This document shows, in pieces, positions 25,601-37,600 of a stretch of DNA of 64,000 nucleotides. The DNA is from Phallusia mammillata (Eukaryota). Within the stretch, counting starts at the first letter, position 1; each line of letters opens with the position of its first letter. The stretch spans positions 13,144,001 through 13,208,000 of the forward strand of contig OZ281498.1 in the NCBI GenBank assembly GCA_965637545.1, written 5' to 3'. The notes beneath the pieces are model-generated. The model did no database searches and was not told the DNA's origin. It worked only from the letters and a program-made list of their open reading frames with translations. The position numbers and the translations under genes are program-made.

Positions 25601-28600
25601 TTAAACATTGGCGGATTGGGCTGAAATTTTGCAGTACTATTGATTGAGTCGTTGTGGTTTTTATATATTTTTTAGTTTGTGTGTCGAACCCAATTAGTTG
25701 CCCTACTAGCCCCCTAAAATGGGTCAGTTTTTTAAAACGTTAAATAGGACATACTTCAAACAATATCTGCAGATATTCACCCCAATGCATTGGGTGAATC
25801 TAATTTTATAGTTTGTATTCTACATAGTATTATTATTTCAGCCCAGTGCCAATCACTGTGTTTTACCTTACAACACCCGACTTTCTTATGGTTATCTCTT
25901 GAATTGCATTATTTTCAACTTTGCATGTGTGGGGACCCATGAGTTTTTGCCTGCAGAAACGACTAAAGTTATAAAAGAGGATGGCTAATATGGGACCCAA
26001 TACAAAATAAGCCTAGGAAATATATTTATGTTTTAAAAAAGGTTATAGTGTATATGCAAGGGCAATATGTGCTAAGCCACCCTTCTAGTTTTTATGGAAA
26101 TTAATCGCCGGCTGTGTGATGGATTTTATTTGTTTCCAAAAAAAGGATTAATCTCACATCAGAAACCACATAACGTATTGATTCGTTGAAAATATATATT
26201 GCTGCGTATTTGTTTTATCTATCAACAATGTCTGTTTCGCTTCGGGCGTTACGATGATGGAAATACACTGAACTCCTTTGTTGTTACTTCTAAAAAGCAG
26301 AATGTTTCAATAAACACGAAAAAGGCCGGTATAATTTTTAACCTAAATGTTAGTGCCAAAACATAAATACAATTTCCTGATTACTTGAAGACATTCTTAC
26401 TTCGTCGTTGGTCCCGGTCAGACCGTACATGCCCACGTCATCACCTACGTCAGGAAAGTTGAACAGTGGTGGAACTGAACCCGTGATGGAAGTCGACGAA
26501 TTTCTCAAAAACTCTCCCACCGACCAACACCCAAACATGGAGTACACGAATCACTGTTATATTTATCCCAAAGCCCTCAATTACGACAATCAAAAGACAT
26601 TTGCAAAGGTACATTTGTAAAACCTTCTGTATGATAATATACAATAAATAGTAAAATCGTTTTTATCACCTACATATCTATTAAAAAAGCACATACTTAC
26701 TGCTGTTTTGTTTATGTTTACCATTTGCTTTGTATTTTAGGCTTGTAGTACCTTTCGTCATTTATTATTGTTTGCTGCCAAATAAACAGTTGTCTTACGA
26801 CTTTTTGTACAGCAAATTATTTTCTTTATTGATATTGACACCTTTTCGTAACACACTTAAAAACTACTACGTTTGGGCCCCGACAATAAAAAACTACCTT
26901 TTGGCCCCGACAATAAAAAAGGTTGAGGACGGCTGGTTTTGAGTTTGCTAGTAAAGGTAATATCTTTCTGAAACAAACATAAAACCTACCCTCCCCAATT
27001 AACATTCAAGTGTACACCACCACTATTTCATTATTTCCCCGGTTTTCCTTGGTATATTACACACAGCGTACTCAACCTGCACATATTTCTTATTTTTCAG
27101 GCTCGCAACATTGCAGTTGTGGCCGAATTTCGTGATTCGGATGCAGAAGGTGCTCAACCTCTCCGTTCATTCCACAAACGACCTGGTCCACCAGGGACGG
27201 GTGCATTCACCACCCGTGTATCAGCCGCTGTACTTCACCATCACGAAAAACCCGAGTTTTACGAAGAGGTTGGTTGTTTGGGAACTCAGCTTTTGCGGGT
27301 CTTGCGTCTTGAGTACCGTGTAACTGTTGAGTCACCCGTCTCAGATGCACACCTGGATGTAAAGCTTTCTTTAGATGAAGTTGTTTGTTAAAATATAATG
27401 TTTAATTTTATAACAAAGGAAATGAAGGTCACATGTATGCTCAATTGACACACTTTACATACTATTTAGTCTGCAATTTTTACACATACACACCTTAGTT
27501 ACCAGTTACCAGTTAAACACTTAAATCCGTTGAGATGTTTATTCACGACCTACAAAAACTGCTTGGTTATCTATGTTAAATTATGTGTTTTGTTGTTTTA
27601 AGTGGAAGCTTTCTCTCCCCACCCAACTCCATCATGGTCACCACATCCTATTCTCTTTCTATCATGTTATTGTTGACACAAACGCAAAAAAGAAAGATTC
27701 CGTCCAGATGGAAGGTGAGTTATGACCGCTAGGTGGGGACACAGATCCGTCACACGAGGAGTGTCTTCGTTACTTGACATATTTGGGACAAACTGCTACA
27801 TCATATGATTTTCACGAATAAAATTTCCGTGTTTGTTTTAATGAATCAAAACAATAGATGCAGTTGTTTGACGAAATTTTTTACTGAAGCTTCAGAAATT
27901 GTTTACTAGCTTGTCGTATCACTGTAGAATTGTGGACCTATTGCCAATAAATACGTTCCGTTGTTCAACAAATTTTCAATAGCACTGCCACACACATTTG
28001 CCTTCACCCGCACCTTTAACACTTGTACCTCTCTACAACGCAAATCCATTAACGCAAACCACCTTTTCGCTGAAACACGAACTCCTCTGTTCGCAGTCGG
28101 TCATGCTTGGGTGCCTCTACTGACGAAGGACGGGCGAGTGACGTGTGGTGAACATCAGGTGCCTGTAGCAGGAAATCTTCAACCTGGTTATCTCGCACTA
28201 CACGACCAATTGGCGCTCGGAAAGGTGAGTGTTAACTGCTGACACCTAATTTCGAAACTCTATCGTGGCATTGTGATAGAAATTGCGAGCTTTACACAAG
28301 CCTTATATTAGGTTTTTGTCCCAAAACAAAATGTGTTGTGTATGGAGAATGCATTGGGATGTTTAGCAAAAAGATTGGGCCTTAACAAAACGGAAAAAAT
28401 AGACAGTGTCGTGAATGATATAGATAAATTAAATGTTATTGGTTTATCCACGGTATAGCTTGATGTGAATTAACACACGTTCTAATACATGAGTCGCTTA
28501 ATAACGGTTTATGTTCCTTCCTGTGCAAACATGTGCGGTTATTATTTATATTTGAGCAGCAAGACGTGCGAGTATACAGTGATAAAACTTGCTGAACATA

Positions 28601-31600
28601 CGTCGTCATAATAGCCTCAAGACAATTTTGCTGTCCTAATCTTTTTATTATACTGTTGTGCTACGGTGTTGGAATACTACACTTAATTGTGCGACGTTGG
28701 GAAGAACTCCACGGTCAATAGATTTGTTTAAACGACGTTAGATATTCCTATGGTCATGGTTGTGTAAAGCAACAAATGTTTTGCTGGATACAAATTAAAC
28801 CGGCAGGAACCATGTACAACATTTGATGGCACGATTATCCACATCACACACTGCAATTTAGCGATATTTATCAGTTGTTAAGCACGGTTTATCCTATTTC
28901 ATCGAACCTCCGTAATGTTTATCGGATGAAAGTGTGTGAGGCGGTCTAAAACCCAGTAAACATCCGTGGCAGGTGGTCTGTCAGCTGTCACACCATATAT
29001 GGATATGCCGTCTTTCTCACCAGCCCGGTAATCGAATTCACCTAATACGGGCTTTGACAGAAAAGAATACTAGCGTTGTTGCATGGAAATGCCAACCTGC
29101 AAAAATTATGTGATGTACCAGAGTTGTTAATGTGACTATACTCTGGACCATTTCGTTGTCGTTTAGAGGCGGAACTTTTATAAGACTTAGGCGGTAGAGT
29201 AATGTAGTATGTTAGAAAACCACTGGTATAGGGAACATAGGCAAAATTTGCAAGTTAATGTCAGCTGCCATTGGTTTATATGCGTGTCGGTTGTTTTTCC
29301 TTTGTTTGTCCAACAAAGAGCGCGTGGACAAATGTACCAAAGATACACGCTTTAGAAATCGCTAGCGTGCCTAATTTTTATATTTTTTATGTTTCTGTAC
29401 GATACACTTTTGTTACCAGAATAAACGATTTGTTGGGCTTTCAGCTTAGTTACAATCGTGCGGTGGTAAACACCTATTTATCATACATTCTTTACAATGA
29501 GTTTCTAACCACTTTTTCCTCACAGACTGAAGCAGTTTTAAAACCACTGTTACACAACCACAAACCTCTACAGTTTTTAATTCAGAAATCGATGCGTTTG
29601 GCAAGCGAGCATGTGTCATTGCGGGCAAATGCGCTTGAGGGTTGAAGATAAGACTGGGAATGTAGGCGACCACAAACTGCGTTTTGCCTTTACTGTGATT
29701 GACGTCTACCGCTGTGAGATCGAATTCATTATCGATCCGCCAAGCTTAATTCTGGTTGCTTGCTGGGTGAAAGTCAAACCCTTCGCGTGTGGCTTGCTCG
29801 TCACGGCCTTGCTCACTTTCTATTTTTGTGCTCGGGCGTAAGTCGGATAAACCTTTATTAGTTGACTTGGTTCCGCTCGTTTGCTGCAATTTAAACTCTA
29901 TTTTGCATGTTTAGTTTTTAAGTCTAGAGGCGCGTTTCATTTGCGCCGCATTAACCTTTAGCAGCTTGTCGATTTTAATTTACCAATTTCGTTTGTAGCA
30001 CATAGCTTGGACTGGTCTAATACGTAAAAAACTTGACTAAATTCCCAAAAGTGGTGGAAAAATATATAGCACTGTCTATTTAAATGAACTCATTTTTAAT
30101 ATCAAAATTTTCAGCGTTTTTTATTGCGTCTTATACTCTTACGCAACAAGTAAAGCGAAAACCTTAACGTAGTAACACCTTTACGACAAACAACGAGAAA
30201 ATGAACCTTTAAGTGTGATTTAAAGACACTGAACAAATAGCAACGTAAATAAAATAAATATATTTAGAGTGTGAAAAGTTGAAATGCAATTGCTAAAGAC
30301 GGTGAAAATGAATTTTGCAACATCCGTGATTCGATTGTCATTGATTTGTACTCTCGTTAATGAAAATTATACTTGCAACCCTTACAGCGTTGTGGCAACA
30401 CAAATGATTGTGACTTAAACGAACGAGAAATGGGTTTTTAATGGCAAGTTTTTGTGTGCGTTTGAACTTGTACTTCGCATATAACGTCGATCAACGACGC
30501 AATAACGGAGCTATGACGTGAGTTATAAAGTCGCCTTGATGAAGAGATTTCGTGTTTGACGTCATTGACTTCAATCGTTGCCTGTCATGGACATCATTGT
30601 GCCACTCATAGATCTGGCGCGGGCTGCAGCCTCTTCGGTCAACAAGTTTGATGTAGCACCTTTGTACAGCGCATAACTCGTTCCAGTTTTGTAACGCTGC
30701 TGGGCAAAGGCAGCTGTCACATCCACAGCCTCATCCAGCTGGATCGAGTAGCCCGAGAAAGTTGTGTAGTGTGAAGGACTGTGGCCGTACGCCACGCCTT
30801 GACGCAGTCTCACCCAAACTACGTCACCTCGCCGCAGCTGCATCACTGCCGTTGCTGACGTCGTCTCGAACCTCGAGTCCTGATTGGTTGCTGAGCTGAT
30901 CATTTCGCCGTTTCGCATCAGGTGGACGTAGAGTGGCCCGCTGCTTCTACAACGCAAGATATGCACGTGGAAAACGTAGATTCCTGCCGCTGGTACAATA
31001 AAGCAACCGGTGGCGGAACGGTATGCGCCGCCTTGGTTTGTTATCACGTGATCAAAGCAGATCCCACGGTTGTTTCCCTGGAAGTTTCTCGAAAGACCAG
31101 CCATAAATGCGACCTTTTCCTGGTGGCAACACAGCGTACTGCCGCTGCTCATGCCCGTGTTTGTACGTGAATGTGTTGAGCGTCCTGGTGGACCTGGCGG
31201 TCCGGGCTCGCCTTTAATTGAAGGTCCGGGCAACCCCATGTCACCCTTTATTCCTTTCTCCCCACGGCCGCTTCTGCCTTGACTACCTGGGCGTCCGTGT
31301 CTTCCTTGCTGTCCGGTCATTCCCTTTTCTCCCTTCATACCTCGTGATCCTTTCATGCCTGGAGGACCCTGAGGCCCAGTCGGACCAGGCTCACCGACCT
31401 CTCCTTGTGTTCCAGATTCTCCGTTCAGTAACCCATCGCTGTCAGTTTGACGTTTCGGTATTCCAGGAGGACCTGGGGGTCCTGGCAATCCTGGTGTCCC
31501 AGGGTTTCCTGGTTGTCCATCCTGGCCGCTTTCACCTTTCTTTCCTTCAACGGCACGACCTGGTGGACCTTGCGGTCCAGGTGGCCCAGGAAGGCCAATT

Positions 31601-34600
31601 CCGGGTTCTCCTGCCGGTCCTTGGTCGCCTTTAATGCTTTCACCAGGTATACCGTCGATTCCGTCCTGTCCAGGGCGACCTGGTGGTCCGACAATTCCAA
31701 TACCTGCTTCACCTTTGGGGCCTCTTGGGCCCGCAACTTCACGCGTGACTTTGGACGTTTCAATGTCACTGGAGGAAAATCCTGGTGGCCCTCTAAGTCC
31801 TGGAGGTCCTGTCATGCCTTTCTCGCCTTGCATTCCCTTTTCGCCTTGTGGGCCTTCCACGCCTGTGACTGTGATCGGAGAATTGCGAAATTCTTCATAG
31901 TCAATCTTGCCAGTCGGTCCTGGCGGGCCTGGTGGTCCTGGTTTGCCTACTTCAGACGTTCCTGGTTCTCCCTTGGGCCCACGTGGTCCACAATCTCCTT
32001 TTAATCCAAATCCAGGGGGTCCTGGGATACCTTGCAGACCAGGTGGTCCCTGAATTCCGGGATGTCCAGCTTTTCCGGGAGGCCCTGGCATGCCCGGAAA
32101 TCCTGCCGGTCCTTGTAGCCCAGGAGGTCCTTGCGAGCCGGGTGGGCCCTGTGTTAAACGGTTTAACGTATGCAGCAATAGAGTAACATCAGACGCCCCA
32201 CCGCCGCCATTGCCACAGCAGCCGCAAGCACAACCGCAGCTACAGCCTGTGTTGCAGTGTGTTGCGCAGGATGAGGTAGAAGAACAGGCACTTGAGCTTG
32301 AACTCTCACATGAAGACGACCCTGTGCAGTTCGACTCGCATTCTGCACCCTCAGAAGTAGTCGTCGTTTCTTCCGATCTGTGCACTTCAACCTCGACCTC
32401 ATGTTGAGTGCTTTGCCGGATCCTCGTGTCCACAAGTTTTCTTACCGTCTGCGGTTCGTTGCTTTCTGGTGGACGCATAAATCGAAGTTGTGGCGCAACT
32501 AGCTCTTCATTTCCATCTTGTGCTGTGGCGCCTTGAGCCGCTGTAGACAATATTAACCCAATGGCAATTGCCATAACATACATCTTGTTTAATAACATTA
32601 CACTGCAATCTGTAATGCAAAACAAAATCTAATAATATGTTGAAATCAACCACAAATCTTCACAATAAATCTGAACCGTCAAAGGAAAGTTTCCTTAATT
32701 GTTTCGTTGACTAGCAGCCATCTTTATGCTAACTGTTTTTCGTTTTTCGTCAATATGTAAACATCTGCGCAATCCAACCTTTTTTTGATCGGAAAATCCC
32801 TGCTGTTCATGACAGGATAAAGGTGGTGACGTGCCCTACCTAAATCGAACATTACAGCGCTGCGAAAAGAAAAGTGATGTGTGGCCAGTGTTTGAATACA
32901 CACTGGTGGCTTATTGTCATTACGTGTGCTGCGTGTCGTGTTGTTGCATGCTATTGCGAAATAAGTCCAATGTCTTTGTCACAGGAAGCCATTAAATGAC
33001 GCGCTACCTTCATCTTTGTTTTAATGTATTGGGAAAAGCGCTCAATGTTGTGTGAAGTATTGCCCTGTGGTTAAGGAGATTCTTTCCCTCGGCGTTTTAT
33101 TGTGGCCCAAGTCCAGCGAAAACGGTAGATTTCTGCTCGACGGTGCTTTGCGGTCAACTCGAATCGCTACAATCGCTACAAGCGTAAAATTGCCATGTCT
33201 CGCGTATTGCCGTTTCAGGACAGATCACCTGCTGATATAAACCTGTGCCAATGTGCCCCCGTCGACTCGCTTTCTGCCAGAAGCAGCGGGTCGTTCAATT
33301 CACACGTGCAAACTGCTTTGTGCTTGCGGCTTAATTAAGAATAGACCTTTTAACAGTTCTAATTTACGTGCGTATTGCTTCGAGTTTGTAAGCACCTCGC
33401 CCCGCTCTGCCTTGGTACGAAAACCTTAGTGTCGAAAAATTAAGATACAATGTCGCACGCCTAGTAAAATAACCTCTTGCTAACTGTGAAGGTGAGCTGG
33501 TTAAAGCTTGTGTGAATATTACACAGCATGTATCACAGCACGCAGTCTATAAATTCCACATTTACCGTCCCTAAATATTCTGTCCAATTTACGTTTCGTC
33601 GTCGTGATGCGGAAACTGGCTATGACGTCACTACGCCGCAGTCATTTTTACAATGATGTTGTAATGACGCAGACCCGCCCTCTGACACTGCGCCTGTGAA
33701 CAATGCACAGCAATCTAGGTTAAATGTCAGAGCTGACTTATCTCGGCCGATATTGGGTAATATAATTTCCTTGACATGTTAATTAGCCGGTAGAGAGCAA
33801 CAAAAGGTCGATGAGTTCTCACAATACGTTTTTGTTTCGATACGATCCTTGCAAAAACTGTGCTATTAGCTGTGCCGAATGTTAATACATTTCTAATGAA
33901 ACATGTAAGAAACATATAGCTGTGATCCGTCTGTATACTAACAAATTGCCCTCTAAACGTACTTATGACAATACATGCGCCTGCTGTAAACCAGCGTGTT
34001 ATTTGACTAGCTCGACTGTACTATTGGGTTTAAGTTATACTGCGCCGATTGGTGCCGACAAATTCATGTCAAAATATTTCAGGTTTATTAAACCCGCAAG
34101 GGTCGACTGAAACGAAGCGTTGCCCGAATTCTTTCGTCAATATTTGTTTTTCCACTGACCATCGCGAAGAATAAAGAGGGCTTCTCAATAACTAACAGGT
34201 TTCCGAGTCAGGCGAACACGTGAAAATGTGTTTAGCCCTCGACACTATAACTCGATCGAGTGGTGATTCGTCACCCGCCCCACGGTGCCACAAACACGAG
34301 TTAAGTGGCAATTTGCTTATACCTCGTTTGTCAGAAGTTTTTAGTCAACACTTTCTTCCGCTGACGGGATGGAGTACTGATAAGGCACCAGTATCCTTTC
34401 GAACGTGACCGTGCGGTTGTCATTGTGGCGTGTAAACGTTGCGCCTACACTTAAGTGATGATATCATGCCTGGAATTTTATACGAATGCCACAAATTTCC
34501 AAATATTAAAACGAAAACATCATATTGTGATATGGCCTAACAATCTCGATGCAGTATTACAAACAATGTTTACTAAATACCGTGCATCCGTTTAGCTAGC

Positions 34601-37600
34601 TACGTCGCCACGCGAAATCTCAAGTCCTGGCTCCTGGAACAAGTTCAAACACTTGTGGTTCTGATCCCCTGGGATTTTATTCTAAATTCTGGTCAAGACC
34701 ACAAGTCGCATCTTCAAACGCGCCCGCACATATGCTTGTGTTACGGTGTATTACATAGCATGTGCTTGATCTCAATGACCTCTTTTACTTTTTAGTATCA
34801 AACCCCGCTTTGCCATTGACGTATTTGACAGCGCAAGCTCTATGTACCTGGTTTAAGGTGAAACGTGCTCGAATTAAGCTGTATAGTTGTTATCTTCACA
34901 TATGTGCTCTATCTCAAACTTCATCGCTTCTTCGTGTACTTATATACCGTTGACTTATCCTTAATCTCTGCGCGTTTCTTATGCGCACACTTGACGCCAA
35001 CCCCGAACTTGGCTGCATGAAAAGTTCACATTACCTCGCGCAACTGCAAAACAGCTATTATACACAACGCAGCATTGTTGGACCAGACCAAGTTTTGCGA
35101 GAACAACAAGCTATTTACTGGTTTAACCAGAATCCATCAACGGTGTCTTGTGTCGACTTATCGAAACAAAGAACATATGTGTAAAGCTCGGCAGCACCAA
35201 TTTAGTTGTAAATACTTGCTTGCGAAATACCTACAGTGATCTGAGCGGAATTTCTGACATATATAAAGGTCTAAATCGATCGATATGACTTTCTAAATTT
35301 GTTCACAATGTTTCGTACGTGCTTGTCAGCCTTCGAATTTTCTAACCGCTGTAAGACATTTTGCCATTAGACATGATTTAACATTTGTTCTGGTGGACAA
35401 CGACAAGTTAGAAACCCACAATGTCTGTTGAGACAATCTGACATATGACGAGTCAATATTGTCCACTGGCAAAGCAAATACTTGTATTCGAGTGGCTATG
35501 TACTTTTGCCATCTTCCCTCGTAGTCAATAGACACACAATTATTAGTGGCAATGTATTGTTCAGGTCGGTGACCTCAGCTTGCGCAGCTTCTTACTGCGC
35601 CATTTACTGTTTTATTTGTCCGTATAATGCTTTTGTACAACTAAACTTGATCACAATATCGCGTTAAATTACGAATTTACACCTGTCAGAACTAAATCCA
35701 CATTATTTTAAATGTTGAGCAAAATTTTCTCATAGCGAATACCGAGTCCAATTATCAACTTAGATCAAGTATTTTACCTTTGATTGACGGCACTGGTTTG
35801 GTTTTATTTCGGGACGTTTTTTATACGAAGTATGTCGGTCGGTGGGCACGCGTACGCACGTCCAGGAATTTACTCAGCCATTCGAATTGCTGTTCAGATC
35901 GGTAAATGCCAAGTGTATTTGCCAACAGTTAATATCTTTTTGTTGTCAGTTGCTTCGACTGTCTCCGACTACTCTTTTGACTTTACAGGGTACGTTGACT
36001 TGCTTGGGTTTATTGTGCCCGGAATACTTAAGTTTTATGCGTCTGCTCGGCGCAGTTGCGTGCGCTTTAAACGCCGCCAATGTCAATATTTAGGCTTGTT
36101 GCCATATTCAACTATGTTTAATGGCGCGGACCGTCTCATAATGCCGTTTGAGCCGTGCTGGGTTCTTTTGACGACGCTTTTAAATTATTAAGCGGTTCAA
36201 TCCCGTTTAACAATTCGACAGATATTGTTAGTAACTATTTAAAATCACTAAAGTTCTGCGTGTCCAAGTGGGTTGTTATTTGCAAAACTTGGTCCAAACG
36301 GCTTTTAGTGCGACAATCTACCGAACACAGGGCGAAAAGTTAGCCCGAAGCATTGCGCGCAAACGTTATCAGCAAGTGGATTTAACGGTTGTTAATTGAC
36401 CACAAGCACCCGAGTCGCCCAGTAATAGAAATTTAATAAAATTACCGCTAAAATGACAAGGCAAAATCCTAGACCCTGCTTTTCAGAAACAACATATATT
36501 ACTTCACAACTGCGCCGAATTTTTTAACCACTGACACTGAGCAACAGTCAAGCAATACCCACTTCCTATTTTCGTGTTACCTCAAGACGACCTTGGCAAG
36601 AATTAAAATGCAAATTACTCGCTAACAACCACAATATAATCCTGTACTTCGCATTTACAGAGAATACATTGCTTAATCTGCCTGAACTTCCTTTTTTGTT
36701 GCACATAAAAATGCCCGGTTATGAATATCTCGTCTGGCAACGATGCGAGCGCCTCGCCGCAATTTGTAGTCACTCGCTTCTCCCAAACCCCTGCGTTTTT
36801 TCCGTTCGCTCTCACAATGGAAGTTATGACGTGCCCGTTTTCGAGCAACTACGCAGGCATTTGCGTGCGTGTTCCAATCACCTTTGAAAACCGACGTTTT
36901 TATGATTGTTTGCGACACTTATTCTTAAGCCAGCTTTGCTCGTCCTGAACAAAGTTCAAGACCCGCCGTAAATTTGCTCAGCAGGTAAAACAAAAATAAC
37001 TGGACTTGTCCGCGTTGCTTGTCGGCCTTTGCTTATTCATAGATTTGCTTTTCCCATTGTTACTGGGGCGTTTCAGTTTTCCAATCTTTCTGGAAAACGT
37101 GCATTGACAATTATAAATTTGCAGCGTCCAAGGAGATGGCCTTGTCAAAATGGGATAGGTCACATCTATCATTTTAGGCACCGTTTTTGCGCAATCAATT
37201 TTTTTACCAAGGTTTATAGGTGATGTAATTTCTTACAACTGTTGCAGTCAGCTTATAAATGCAAACTGGGCTGTGAAATCGTGTACAAATCTTATGTTTG
37301 TCCCCACATCAAATAACATTTCTGAAGTCTTGTAAACCACCAGCACCAGAAGTGCTGGTATTATTCGCCGAACTCTGAATGGCACCAAACAAAATATTTT
37401 CTTATACCACAAAAAGCGGGGTGTGTTATTTGGGATATTTTACTGTGAAATGTTTCAGATTCCTTCAAGTGCTTCATATTGATGTCAATCACATGGGCAA
37501 AGTCAATTTTTAATGAAATACCTTTGTTCTATAAATAGTAGGATCTTCATTACTTCAGCGGAATTTACGACCCTATGTTGGGACGTATTCTTGGAAGTAT

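Noticed and set aside
30820-30835. RGD integrin motif in the collagen/C1q protein
   Set aside because: It is the canonical L..GD.VW turn of C1q domains, so it is not evidence of integrin binding.
30922-32435. Several overlapping 70-185-aa ORFs on the + strand and in alternative frames
   Set aside because: They are shadows of the GC-rich Gly-X-Y and Cys/Ser codons of the collagen gene.
35784-36191. 135-aa + strand ORF, and other 60-150-aa ORFs in 33-42 kb
   Set aside because: No recognisable motifs, no consistent splice structure, and composition like non-coding sequence.
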